From an archaeon (GTDB taxonomy: Archaea > Methanobacteriota_B > Thermococci > Methanofastidiosales > NM3), in contig RXIG01000015.1 in the NCBI GenBank assembly GCA_004212155.1, forward strand, positions 13,040-77,039: a stretch of DNA of 64,000 bases. The letters run 5' to 3'. Each line of letters begins with the position of its first letter. The stretch's first letter is position 1. A program made the translations under genes and the position numbers. Of this stretch, positions 10,429 through 19,696 are shown in pieces. The notes below the pieces were generated by a model. The model saw only the letters and a program-made list of their open reading frames with translations. It was not told the DNA's origin and searched no databases.

Positions 10429-10606
10429 TGGTGGGGACGGCGGGATTTGAACCCGAGTCCACGGGTTTCTCCGATTTTTCTCGCACAAAAGAATGTGCGT
10501 GCTCCATAGATTCGTCATCCATGGGCGACGCCCATGTCCGTAAACCCGTAGCAACGCTCAAATGATCTCTGGAGCCCATGATGATAGGCCTCTACACTAC
10601 GTCCCC
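10429..10606 (-). tRNA. tRNA-Trp(CCA) with 102-nt intron (10467-10568) at position 37/38
   Basis: Acceptor GGGGACG/CGTCCCC plus ACCA; anticodon CCA; bulge-helix-bulge with CTCC/GGAG helix. Confidence 0.93.
10467..10568 (-). ncRNA. Intron-encoded box C/D guide RNA for 2'-O-methylation of pre-tRNA-Trp positions 34 and 39
   Basis: Guide ACGGGTTT followed by D'-like CGGA; C'-like ATGACGA; guide TGGAGC complementary to the anticodon loop. Matches the established euryarchaeal tRNA-Trp intron architecture. Confidence 0.8.
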
Positions 10607-10702
10607 ACGTGCAAGAATAAGAGAAAAAATAATGTTTTTAAAGCTTTCCCTTTGTGTGGCTTTGGTATGACACATGGGCCGATGGCCCATGTGATAGCAC
10701 CA

Positions 10703-11653
10703 TCAGATACAGAGCTTTCCGGGGACCTTCGGGAAGAGCGCTGCGTCCTCGATGCGTTCAAACCCACATATGTACCGAACGAGGCGTTCCACACCGATGC
10801 CGAATCCCGACGATGGGGAGAGACCCTTTGATGCCATCTCGAGCAGGATCGAGAAGTCCTTGGTGTCCTGTTCCTTCTTGTGTATGCGCTCGACGATGCG
10901 GTCGTATTCGAACTCCCGCTCCCCGCCCGAGGACGCCTCGCCGAATCCCTCCGGGTAGATGAGGTCCATGTCGCGCAGGATCCCCTCCTGCTCCGGGTCC
11001 TCGCGGTCGTAGAACTCCCTGTCGAGCAGAGGGATATCAACGATCCAGAACGGTTCGGTAGCCTCCTTTGAGAGCACCTCCTCGAAGTCGGGGCCATGCT
11101 CCTCCTTGGCCTGGGTATATGAGACGCGCTTGAACGGCTTCGAGGGGACCTTGATCTCCCTTCCAAAGAACCCAAGCTCTTCGGAGAGCGCCTCCTTGCA
11201 ATACTGCATGAGTCCAACATACATCCTTTCCATTAAATCCATAGACACGTCCCTCGGCGCATCCTTGAGCTCGAGGTCGAGCTGCGTGAATTCGAACAGG
11301 TGACATCCGCTCTCGGCCTTGTCCTCGCATTCGAATCGAAGATTAGGTGAAAAGCAGAAAATCTTTTCTTGAGAGAGGAGGGCAAGCTGTTTGTGGAAGA
11401 TCATCGACTTCGTCAGCTGGTATTTGTGGCCATAGCATGTCAACACCGGATCGAGCGTTGGGTGGTTGAGGGGGTCTGTGAGGGGAGAGAGGATGACCGG
11501 TGGAATCTCCACGAATCCCTCCTTGAAGAGGTAGTCTCCCAAATACCGCCTCACATGCGTGTGGACCTTCATTGCGGTTTGCATTTCCTTTGATGTCAGA
11601 CGCGTGTAATGGTAATCCGCGACCTTTTCCTTGAGTTCATTAGTGACCATCAT
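10703..11653 (-). CDS. asnA: Archaeal asparagine synthetase A (AsnRS-like, no anticodon-binding domain)
   Basis: ILSPLTDPLNH, LTKSMIFHKQ, SPNLRFE, HLFEFTQLDLE, SGGERE, GFGIGVERL; no OB fold. Confidence 0.9.
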   Translation of the reverse strand: MMVTNELKEKVADYHYTRLTSKEMQTAMKVHTHVRRYLGDYLFKEGFVEIPPVILSPLTDPLNHPTLDPVLTCYGHKYQLTKSMIFHKQLALLSQEKIFCFSPNLRFECEDKAESGCHLFEFTQLDLELKDAPRDVSMDLMERMYVGLMQYCKEALSEELGFFGREIKVPSKPFKRVSYTQAKEEHGPDFEEVLSKEATEPFWIVDIPLLDREFYDREDPEQEGILRDMDLIYPEGFGEASSGGEREFEYDRIVERIHKKEQDTKDFSILLEMASKGLSPSSGFGIGVERLVRYICGFERIEDAALFPKVPGKLCI

Positions 11654-11758
11654 AAAATTGATGACGATGATGTGGATATATATAACTTTCGTCTTTCAAT
11701 AAGTCATACTGTAATATAATAGTAAAATTTATATAGTCCATTACGACAAAATGAAAGC

Positions 11759-12211
11759 ATGGAATCAAAACTTTACGACGAGAAGGACCTTCGCATACTA
11801 GAAGCGCTTAAAAAGGACGGCAGAAAGCCGACATCCAAGCTATCAAAGGAACTTGGAATACCCCGTGTTACCATCCATCAACGCATCAACAAGATGATCG
11901 CAAACGGGATCATCCGAAAGTTCACTGTCCGTCCCGACTATGGCAAGTTGAAAAAACCTGTTACAGCGTTCATACTCATATCATTTGTCTCCAATCCGCA
12001 GGTTAGCCAGCGCGAGCTTGCCTCGAAGATATCGCTCATGAGCGGCGTTGAGGAAGTATTTATCATCTCGGGCGAGTGGGATCTTTTGCTCAAGGTCCGG
12101 GCCGCATCCGCTGAAGAGGTCGGATCGCTCATCATCGACAAGTTGCGCACGTTCGAGGGAGTGGGAAAGGCAACGACCTGCATCAGCTTCAGTGCGGTAA
12201 AGGAGGAGTGA
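11759..12211 (+). CDS. Lrp/AsnC family transcriptional regulator, divergent from asnA
   Basis: DLRILEALKKDGR HTH; ISGEWDLLLKV RAM domain. Confidence 0.93.
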   Translation: MESKLYDEKDLRILEALKKDGRKPTSKLSKELGIPRVTIHQRINKMIANGIIRKFTVRPDYGKLKKPVTAFILISFVSNPQVSQRELASKISLMSGVEEVFIISGEWDLLLKVRAASAEEVGSLIIDKLRTFEGVGKATTCISFSAVKEE

Positions 12212-13204
12212 TTAGTCCTCCAGCGCTGAATGGTAATAGAGTATGGGGTCGTCGATGACGAAAAACATCTTCTCCGCCGAATCGTAGATGACCCGCTTGT
12301 TTGTGTCGATGGCAAGGTCGACGAGATCCCCAAGGTATGAGACATAGACCATCTTCTCCCATTTTTCACCAGGATAGATACCCTGGCTGATCCACTCGTC
12401 ATACTTGCCCATGTTGGCGGTGCCACCACCACTGGGACGGCGGCCATGCCATGCTATGACGATGGCTGCGAGCACAAACGCCACGCATGCTGCCAGAGGC
12501 ACGTAGATGTCTGAGAGCGTGTTTTGCACCTGTCGTTGTTCTGCCGTGTAGTAGTTTTTCGTGTCCGAGCTTGTCGCTGAGGACATGTCAAACGCATAAT
12601 AGTCGGGACCAAACGTCACGGGAAGTGACATGTACGTATCTTCGGATATCGTTGTCGAGGCAATCGAACCGTCGTAGACGAGGTGCGTCACTATCTCGCC
12701 CTCGCTGCGTCCCACAGACGCGCCAAGGCTATCACGAATCTCCATGATGCGCGCGCGCAGCATTGCCGCATCAAGCACGAACGAATCGGAGATCGTCCCC
12801 TCGCCTTCCACGCTGCCTGAGCTTGACGACAGGGGGATGCGCTTGCTCCAGAACGCGACCCCGTCATCGTTTTGCTCCATGAGCATGAGGTATGTCTCCG
12901 TCGAGACGTCAGCAGAGGCATCACTCACTGTCGGTTCGAACATGAACGAGAAGTCAACGGTAGCATTCGGCGATACGGCATAGAAGTAACCGGCCATGTC
13001 ACTGAGTACGGTGCCCATATCATAGACGGGGTTCTCCTCGGTCACCGTTGCACTGATCGAATATGTGCCTGAGTACGTGTATCCGTAATCGACCGTTTTT
13101 ACGGTCTCGGTATGATAATCGGTATATTCCCAATATGCCCAGCCGCATGACCCGGCCAATCCGGCAATTGCAACGATAAGCAAGACCTTATGGAGCGCAT
13201 TCAT
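12212..13204 (-). CDS. DUF5305-like membrane protein
   Basis: N-terminal TM, extracellular Ser/Thr-rich beta region (ATVTEENPVYDMGTVL..YF), second TM, C-terminal DEWISQG..LGDLVDLAIDTNKRVIYD. Confidence 0.7.
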   Translation of the reverse strand: MNALHKVLLIVAIAGLAGSCGWAYWEYTDYHTETVKTVDYGYTYSGTYSISATVTEENPVYDMGTVLSDMAGYFYAVSPNATVDFSFMFEPTVSDASADVSTETYLMLMEQNDDGVAFWSKRIPLSSSSGSVEGEGTISDSFVLDAAMLRARIMEIRDSLGASVGRSEGEIVTHLVYDGSIASTTISEDTYMSLPVTFGPDYYAFDMSSATSSDTKNYYTAEQRQVQNTLSDIYVPLAACVAFVLAAIVIAWHGRRPSGGGTANMGKYDEWISQGIYPGEKWEKMVYVSYLGDLVDLAIDTNKRVIYDSAEKMFFVIDDPILYYHSALED

Positions 13205-13234
13205 GTGATCCCATCATATTCTAACATATTTATA

Positions 13235-14377
13235 TTAAAACGTTTTTATGTTTCGGCTGCGCGACCTCCCTCGTTCGGCCTTTCCCACCTCATTTCGAAG
13301 CACGAAAAGGATCGGCAGCGACAGGAGGATGGCAATGGCGTCGATAACGATCAGCGGTGCGTAGGGATGAACGTCCCTGAGCGCGAACGTGACGTCATGA
13401 GGTAGTATGCCAAGGTAGACATCGATCGTCACGTATGCCTGGTAATACCCTGGAGAGGCGGGCGCATGCACCACGTACGGTATGCGTTTTGTCAGGCCCC
13501 CCTCGAGCACCATCGACTCGTCGGGAATGGAGACGATGCCCTGCTGTTCACGCGTATGGACGTAGACGGGTATGAATCCGCTATTGTGCACCGCAAGGTA
13601 CTGTGTCACCGTTTCGCCGATGTGCACCGCGCGAGCGTTGGTCTGTCCTTCCGTCGCCACGATATCGATGCGGTTGTGCTGCGTCATCGACAGCATCGAT
13701 ACGGTCGTCGCCAGAACGATGAAGAGTATGAACGCGGCATAGATCGTATAGGGTGATCCTTTCTTCTTCACTTCCCGGGAGCGGGACCTTTTCCCAAGCC
13801 GCATGCGGGATGATGCGATGTCTGCCACGATGGCCACTATCGAAAGTATGATCAGTGCAAAGAGGACCTGGCCCAGTGGTCCATCCGGCCGCTCGAATCC
13901 GATAGCATTGAAAAAACGCCGGGTGACGGAATCAAGAGCACCGGATATGGCCTCGATGGCACTGCCAAGGCGCGGGATTGCCAGGACGCTTCCGCGCCAC
14001 TGCACCACGCGTCCGGCTATCTGTTCGCGATTGACAAGCGGTTCGTTATGCGTCCCAGCCTGGTCGGTAAACGTGTTATTATCACCTTGTGTGACAAACC
14101 CCTGTGGCGTCTCGCCCACGATCCTATGGGTGACAAATTCATAGGGGAGGTTTTCCGCTCTGAACGTGATGACGTCGCCTACCGAATAATCATCAACGAT
14201 CTGGGAGGGTATGATGAAAAAACCGTCGCCGGGACTGAGTTGGGGTTCCATCGACGCGGTCTGTACATACGCGACGCCTACGGGTTCGTTGACTAGACCG
14301 CCAATTATGATCGGGAAGAAAAGGAAGAGGACAACAAGGTAAACAGCTGATTCGATGAGCGTTCTCGTCTTCACCAT
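13235..14377 (-). CDS. Signal peptidase I, SipW/Sec11 (S26B) type with C-terminal extension
   Basis: TASMEP (Ser), GD, VTHRIVG (His), TQGDNN..D; extra TM segments and an Ig-like segment. Confidence 0.85.
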   Translation of the reverse strand: MVKTRTLIESAVYLVVLFLFFPIIIGGLVNEPVGVAYVQTASMEPQLSPGDGFFIIPSQIVDDYSVGDVITFRAENLPYEFVTHRIVGETPQGFVTQGDNNTFTDQAGTHNEPLVNREQIAGRVVQWRGSVLAIPRLGSAIEAISGALDSVTRRFFNAIGFERPDGPLGQVLFALIILSIVAIVADIASSRMRLGKRSRSREVKKKGSPYTIYAAFILFIVLATTVSMLSMTQHNRIDIVATEGQTNARAVHIGETVTQYLAVHNSGFIPVYVHTREQQGIVSIPDESMVLEGGLTKRIPYVVHAPASPGYYQAYVTIDVYLGILPHDVTFALRDVHPYAPLIVIDAIAILLSLPILFVLRNEVGKAERGRSRSRNIKTF

Positions 14378-14386
14378 GATCCCCCG

Positions 14387-15370
14387 TCAATAATACGAGA
14401 CAATATCCACGGGCTGGATCGAACCGCCCACGTTCGCATAGTACTGGGCATCGTATACGCCCAGATAAAGGCTATCCCATTTGTCCAGCGTATATGACGA
14501 CCCGTCGTGTGTTTCCACGACAACGCCTTGATTCCTGTTGATATCGACCACTATCGCAGACATATCATTGTAATCTTCCCATTCCACATAGTAATAGAAG
14601 TATCCGTTGATGTTTCCATTCCACAGATTGGTATCGACGCCTAGGTCTTCAAACATTTTTGAAGGGGGATGTGTGCGAATACTGCCACCGGATGTCAGGA
14701 CCGCATATGCCTTTTGCCTAAGGTACTCCGCATTTGAGGGCATCGTGTGGTCACGGGGGTCGTACGTTTCCCCCTCACCTGTCGTTGCGACAACGGCGAT
14801 CCTGTCTAGCGTGACGATGGGGCTGCCTGCGGCGGTCGTGAGTATGATGTCGAGATCGTCGATGAGCGTCTCATCGCCACTAAACGACAAGGCGTTCACG
14901 TCGACAGAAATAGAGACCTGTTCGCCGCTTCCCACGTAAATACCCCCGGTCTCGATGTTGACACCGTCCCTCACGAACGTCACGTTGTCCGAGTGGGCCC
15001 CTTGATCGATGATCGAAAGGTAGAGCTCTTGATTAAGATTGTTCGTGAGAAGGATTACATCATATCGCGATTCCTCGCTTCCCGCCTGGATGTCCTCAAT
15101 GTAGAGCTCATAGGCCCCATCGCCATCTGTGTCCAGGAAGTAGGAATCGGTACCTGGGGACAGGGCTATCAAGCCGGCAGGATCCTCGGCCAGCGCAAGA
15201 GACGTCTCACGCTCTACAAACACGCTCGAGTAGGCGCCAGTTCCCATCATGACAAGAATTGCGACGATGAGACAAAATCCAGCTACAATATACCCTTTCA
15301 ATCCAAATCCCCATTTTTTCTCGTATTCCTCTAATATAAACTTATCCTGCATAACTTCGACCAACGCCAT
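14387..15370 (-). CDS. Secreted acidic protein with SipW-type signal peptide (DUF1102/TasA-like); start may be 15352
   Basis: Hydrophobic stretch followed by GTGA|YSSVFVERETSLALAEDPAGLIAL; beta-rich; adjacent to the SipW-type peptidase. Confidence 0.6.
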   Translation of the reverse strand: MALVEVMQDKFILEEYEKKWGFGLKGYIVAGFCLIVAILVMMGTGAYSSVFVERETSLALAEDPAGLIALSPGTDSYFLDTDGDGAYELYIEDIQAGSEESRYDVILLTNNLNQELYLSIIDQGAHSDNVTFVRDGVNIETGGIYVGSGEQVSISVDVNALSFSGDETLIDDLDIILTTAAGSPIVTLDRIAVVATTGEGETYDPRDHTMPSNAEYLRQKAYAVLTSGGSIRTHPPSKMFEDLGVDTNLWNGNINGYFYYYVEWEDYNDMSAIVVDINRNQGVVVETHDGSSYTLDKWDSLYLGVYDAQYYANVGGSIQPVDIVSYY

Positions 15371-15405
15371 TGTAGAAAGCGCTTTAAAGCAGTATGAGCG
15401 AATAA

Positions 15406-16104
15406 GTGATGATGCTGCCAGTGACCCCGCTCATCGATGAACCGGCACTCGTGATCGAGAGCGATAAAAAGACACTTGTCATCGCCGACACCCATGTTGG
15501 TATCGAATACGAGCTGCTTAAAAAGGGTATCAACATCCCTCACCAGACTGAACAGGTGAAGGCATCCATAGAGCGTATCATAGGCATGACCGACGCCAAG
15601 CGGCTCGTGCTCCTTGGCGATGTGAAGCACAACATACCGACCGTCTCGATACTGGAAACGAAGACTGTGCCACGGTTCCTCGACTTCTCGATACCCGTCG
15701 ATATCGTGAAAGGAAATCATGACGGTTCGATAGAGGCGCTTACCTCCGCTCCCGTCCATCCCTATCTCACACTGGACGGCATCGTGCTCAGCCATGGTCA
15801 CAGGAACGTGCCAGAGATGCCATTCGAGACGCTCATACTAGGCCACTCGCATCCCGCCATCGAGATCACCGACGAGCTTGGCAATCGAACGAAGGAGAAA
15901 TGCTGGATACGCGGGACATTCCCCGATGGCCGCGACATCATCATCATGCCTGCGTTCAATCCCCTCATCACGGGCATAACGTTCAACGGCAACCAGGACC
16001 GTATCCCGGGATCGCTCTTTCGATCTCATTCGGTCGAAGAGCTCTCAATGACGGCATACCTGCTTGATGGAACATATCTTGGCCACGTTGCGGACATCAC
16101 ATGA
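15406..16104 (+). CDS. Calcineurin-like metallophosphoesterase
   Basis: ADTHVG, LGDVKH, KGNHDG, HGH, GHSHP, MPAFN. Confidence 0.9.
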   Translation: MMMLPVTPLIDEPALVIESDKKTLVIADTHVGIEYELLKKGINIPHQTEQVKASIERIIGMTDAKRLVLLGDVKHNIPTVSILETKTVPRFLDFSIPVDIVKGNHDGSIEALTSAPVHPYLTLDGIVLSHGHRNVPEMPFETLILGHSHPAIEITDELGNRTKEKCWIRGTFPDGRDIIIMPAFNPLITGITFNGNQDRIPGSLFRSHSVEELSMTAYLLDGTYLGHVADIT

Positions 16105-16197
16105 AGCACGAATCATCCCGTCTGATGCATACAGCAGAAGGGGGGCGTATGAGCGCCTTTTATGCGTAGCGCTCATGGGTCCGATGATAAAACGCCT

Positions 16198-17301
16198 TCA
16201 TATGAGGAACGAACCGTTCTCGTAGAACAGCTCGCCGTCGGCATAGACCTTGCCGCCGTCTCTCATGTCCTTGAGTATGTCGAGGTGTATGGACGATTCG
16301 TTCTTGCCAATGCTGGGATCGGGAGAGAGCCCGAGTGCGAGATGCATCGTGCCGCCCATCTTCTCATCAAAGAGCATCTCCTTGGTGAACTCCTTCGCTC
16401 CGTAGTTGGTGCCGATGGCAATCTCGCCCACTTTGCTTGAACCCCCATCAAGCGCGATGACGTCGTCAAGGAGCTTCTGGCCCTTGGCGGCAGACGCTGA
16501 GACGACCTCGCCATCCTTGAACGTGAGGCGCACGTCCTCTATCTCGTTTCCCATGTAGATAAGGGGGTAGGTGAACCGTATCGTGCCCTGGGCGCTGTCC
16601 TCAACGGGGCATGTGAACACCTCGCCGTCGGGGAAGTTGATATGACCGTCGCAGTTGAGCCATGTTCGCCCTTTTGTGGAAAACGTTATGTCAGTATCCT
16701 GTCCAACATACCTGATCTCATCCTTGTTGTTGAGCCACGTGCATATCTTTTCCTGTTTGGCAGAGATGTCCTTCCACGCCCGGATGGGGTCATCCTCGCC
16801 GAACAGGCAGGCGTTGTAGACAAAATCCTCGTACTGCAAAAGCGACATCGATGCCTCCTGCGCCTGGGCGTCTGTGGGATATGCCGTGAGCACCCATTTG
16901 TATTCTCCCCTTCGTTCTCGTTCGCTTACTGCCTTGATCATGTCCGCATATGCCTTCTGGGTGCGAGCGAGCCTGGAAGAATCGACTCGTGAAAACGCCT
17001 TCGTGTTCGTCTCTGCGATGAACTCTATGGCCCTGTCAACGGTGCGGTAGAGATAATCGATGGATATGTCCACCTGGTCGAGCTGCGCATCGCTGGCGTA
17101 TTCAAAAAAAATCTCCTTGGCATGGTGCGATTCGGGATAAAGGATCGGATATGCCCCCGCCTTTAGGACCTCTTTGTATGCCTCTAACATAGCTTGTTCG
17201 GCGCATGTGGGTCCAATGATGAGGACCTTCATCCCTTCCTTGACCCCTGCTGAGTAATTGACCATGACATTTGCAAGCTTTTCAAGATAATCTCCTTTCA
17301 C
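16198..17301 (-). CDS. Aminopeptidase, M29 (AmpS/AmpT) family
   Basis: NFPDGEVFTCP, GEIAIGTN, LFDEKMGGTMHLALG, NESSIHLD; GTG start at 17301 preferred. Confidence 0.92.
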   Translation of the reverse strand: MKGDYLEKLANVMVNYSAGVKEGMKVLIIGPTCAEQAMLEAYKEVLKAGAYPILYPESHHAKEIFFEYASDAQLDQVDISIDYLYRTVDRAIEFIAETNTKAFSRVDSSRLARTQKAYADMIKAVSERERRGEYKWVLTAYPTDAQAQEASMSLLQYEDFVYNACLFGEDDPIRAWKDISAKQEKICTWLNNKDEIRYVGQDTDITFSTKGRTWLNCDGHINFPDGEVFTCPVEDSAQGTIRFTYPLIYMGNEIEDVRLTFKDGEVVSASAAKGQKLLDDVIALDGGSSKVGEIAIGTNYGAKEFTKEMLFDEKMGGTMHLALGLSPDPSIGKNESSIHLDILKDMRDGGKVYADGELFYENGSFLI

Positions 17302-17356
17302 GAAAATCACATTTGAAATAGATACGGGAGATAAAAAGGTTAACTGCAAAAAAAGA

Positions 17357-17872
17357 TTATCCTGAAGGCCCTTTATTGGGGGAACACAAAAAGATGACAT
17401 CCTCACCATGCACGTGGCGTTGTTCTACCCTGAAAATGCGCTCTATGGACTCGCCGATCTCGTCGAACATGGGTTTGTTCAGATAGGTAAGGAGGCAGCG
17501 TCCGCGCGGATGCAGCACGCGCCCTATTTCTCTCAATGCGGCATGGTAGTCTGGAATGTTTTGAAGCACGGTAAAAGAGAAGACCCAGTCGAAGTGATCG
17601 TCGGGGAAGGGAATGTCCGTTGCATCCGCCTCTCTCGCGTTCATGCGCCGTGCCGCCCGCATGAGCATGCCGGGCGATATGTCAATGCCATCGATGTCTG
17701 ATCCCAGGTATTCTGCAAGCAAGCCCGTGCCGCACCCTACATCCAGCACCCGCCCGCATATGGGGCCTGTAAGCGATAGTGCAAATCTATACTTGTCCCG
17801 CTGGATGGACCTGTAGCGAGCATCATAGTGGGGTGCGGAAGCATCGTAGCTTGCCGCAATGTCCTTTTCCAT
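17357..17872 (-). CDS. Class I SAM-dependent methyltransferase
   Basis: VLDVGCGTG, GIDISPGML, IPFPDDHFD. Confidence 0.9.
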   Translation of the reverse strand: MEKDIAASYDASAPHYDARYRSIQRDKYRFALSLTGPICGRVLDVGCGTGLLAEYLGSDIDGIDISPGMLMRAARRMNAREADATDIPFPDDHFDWVFSFTVLQNIPDYHAALREIGRVLHPRGRCLLTYLNKPMFDEIGESIERIFRVEQRHVHGEDVIFLCSPNKGPSG

Positions 17873-17949
17873 GGTGAACACACATCTCCGAACAGTAAAA
17901 AAATCTTTGCCCACATTCATCAGGAAAAAGAGGGACCACTTTGAAGTCA

Positions 17950-18798
17950 CTATCGGATGGCAAGCACGAGCATGAGTGTGAGAAGCCCCCCCAGCGCTAT
18001 GTTGATGTAGGGCAGGACCCAGTAGACGCGCCTGATATCCAACGTTTCGTCTGCAAGCAAGGCAGCCGGAACGAGGGGATATGCCAGAGACAGGAAGCTG
18101 AGCACGTGCATGTCACTCAGCACAATGGCGAGTATGGCCAATATGCCCCAGAAAACGAGGCATAGCGCAAGTGAAGCCCGATGCCCCAAAAAGGTCGCTG
18201 TCGTGCGGATGCCTGCTGCCGCATCGTAGGTGATATCGGGGATTGCGGAGAAAAGGTGCATGGCGGCGATGTGGCAATACCCTGCCACCACAAGGACAAG
18301 CGAGGGAAGCTCGCCAGCGGCGAGATGATATGCGAATATGCCGGGCATCACATAGAGCATGTTCGAGGAGAAGTCGATAAATGGTATGCCCTTGAATCGC
18401 AGCGGAGGGGCGCTGTAGAAGTAGGAAAGCAGGAGGAACGTGGCAAAGAGTGCCCGTAGTACCATGCCATCCTGCACGACCATCAAAACGATGCTCAGCA
18501 CGACGACGAAAGCGAGCACCCTGCTGAGCTCCGAGCGCTGCGAGGATGCAAGGCGAATCTCCTTTTCCCCCTTTTTCGGATTGCCTTTGTCGGTGGCAGC
18601 GTCCCAGTAATCGTTTACGCCATATATGAGGATATTGGCTGGAACGAAAAAGTAGAGCAGGTAGATGAAATACTCGGGCCTGTAGAATGCAGCCCATGAT
18701 TGTGCCGCGATGCAGTACCCCACGACGAACGTGCCTGCGGTGTAGATCCAAAATCGTGGCCGGGAGAGGCGTAGATAGTAGCGTGCCCGCTCATACAT
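17950..18798 (-). CDS. lyeJ: UbiA-family prenyltransferase, lycopene elongase/hydratase (LyeJ/CrtEb-like)
   Basis: LSRPRFWIY, IYGVNDYWD..TD..NPKK, YSAPPLRFK, AMHLFSAIPDI..D..AGIRTTA; located in a crt cluster. Confidence 0.85.
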   Translation of the reverse strand: MYERARYYLRLSRPRFWIYTAGTFVVGYCIAAQSWAAFYRPEYFIYLLYFFVPANILIYGVNDYWDAATDKGNPKKGEKEIRLASSQRSELSRVLAFVVVLSIVLMVVQDGMVLRALFATFLLLSYFYSAPPLRFKGIPFIDFSSNMLYVMPGIFAYHLAAGELPSLVLVVAGYCHIAAMHLFSAIPDITYDAAAGIRTTATFLGHRASLALCLVFWGILAILAIVLSDMHVLSFLSLAYPLVPAALLADETLDIRRVYWVLPYINIALGGLLTLMLVLAIR

Positions 18799-19696
18799 TG
18801 CGACATTCCTCTGTACCCATGGCGTTGGTGTAGATGCTCATCTTCCCATAGGGGTTGATGAGATTTTTCAGTCCATGGACGAGTATGAAAAACGATGTTG
18901 GCTTGACCTTTTGACGGTAGACCACGAGTGGGTCTTTGTATATCTTGTGCGCCGTCCACAGGTACATGTCGGATGCCGTCTTAATGGGCACGAGGTAGCG
19001 CCGGGGAATGTATGAGAACCCCTCCTCGGCCCGCTCCATCCATGCAAGATAGCGCCGTATCTGGATGCGGACACAGTGTGCGAATTGTTCAGGATGGGTC
19101 GATACGGCCTCGTAGTCGAGACTCGTAAGGCCGCATGCCCTCATGTCGCTTTCGGGAAAGTAGCGGCGCTTGAGTCCTATGTCCTCGTTGATGTCCCGTA
19201 TGAAGTTGATATACTGGTATGCTCGTCCGAGATACCGTGCAGACATGTCTGCCTCGGGGGGAAGCCTCATGATACGCGCCATCATCAGCCCAACCACCTC
19301 TGCCGACCCGTAGAGGTAGGTCTCGACCTCCTCCATGGTGGTGTAATGTTCCTTGGTGATGTCCATCTCCATGGATGCAAAGAACGCATCTATCCACGAC
19401 TGGTCGAATCCCATCCGCTGTTGCAGCTCGACGAAAGAGTCGATGATCTCGTCGCCGGCGGGCACCCCGCCAAGAGCAGCATGGTAACGCTCTTTAAATG
19501 AGTAAAACTCATCGGCCTGTTGTGGGATGGAATCTACATAATCGTCTGCCGTGCGTACGAACGCATAGAGCCTCGTCACATCCTTTTTCACATCGGAAGG
19601 GAAGAACTTGCTACTGTAAAAGAATGTGGTACTGCCCTTCCTGAAGATAGAGTCCAACACCCGCTCCGACATGCCATCACTGTTCATTTTTTTCAA
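18791..19696 (-). CDS. crtB: Phytoene synthase
   Basis: [46 protein letters not shown]. Confidence 0.93.
   Translation of the reverse strand: MKKMNSDGMSERVLDSIFRKGSTTFFYSSKFFPSDVKKDVTRLYAFVRTADDYVDSIPQQADEFYSFKERYHAALGGVPAGDEIIDSFVELQQRMGFDQSWIDAFFASMEMDITKEHYTTMEEVETYLYGSAEVVGLMMARIMRLPPEADMSARYLGRAYQYINFIRDINEDIGLKRRYFPESDMRACGLTSLDYEAVSTHPEQFAHCVRIQIRRYLAWMERAEEGFSYIPRRYLVPIKTASDMYLWTAHKIYKDPLVVYRQKVKPTSFFILVHGLKNLINPYGKMSIYTNAMGTEECRNV

Noticed and set aside
16105-16197. Hairpin ATGAGCGC/GCGCTCAT and scattered C/D-like words between convergent genes
   Set aside because: Box order and spacing do not fit a C/D RNA; a terminator-region hairpin or chance explains it.
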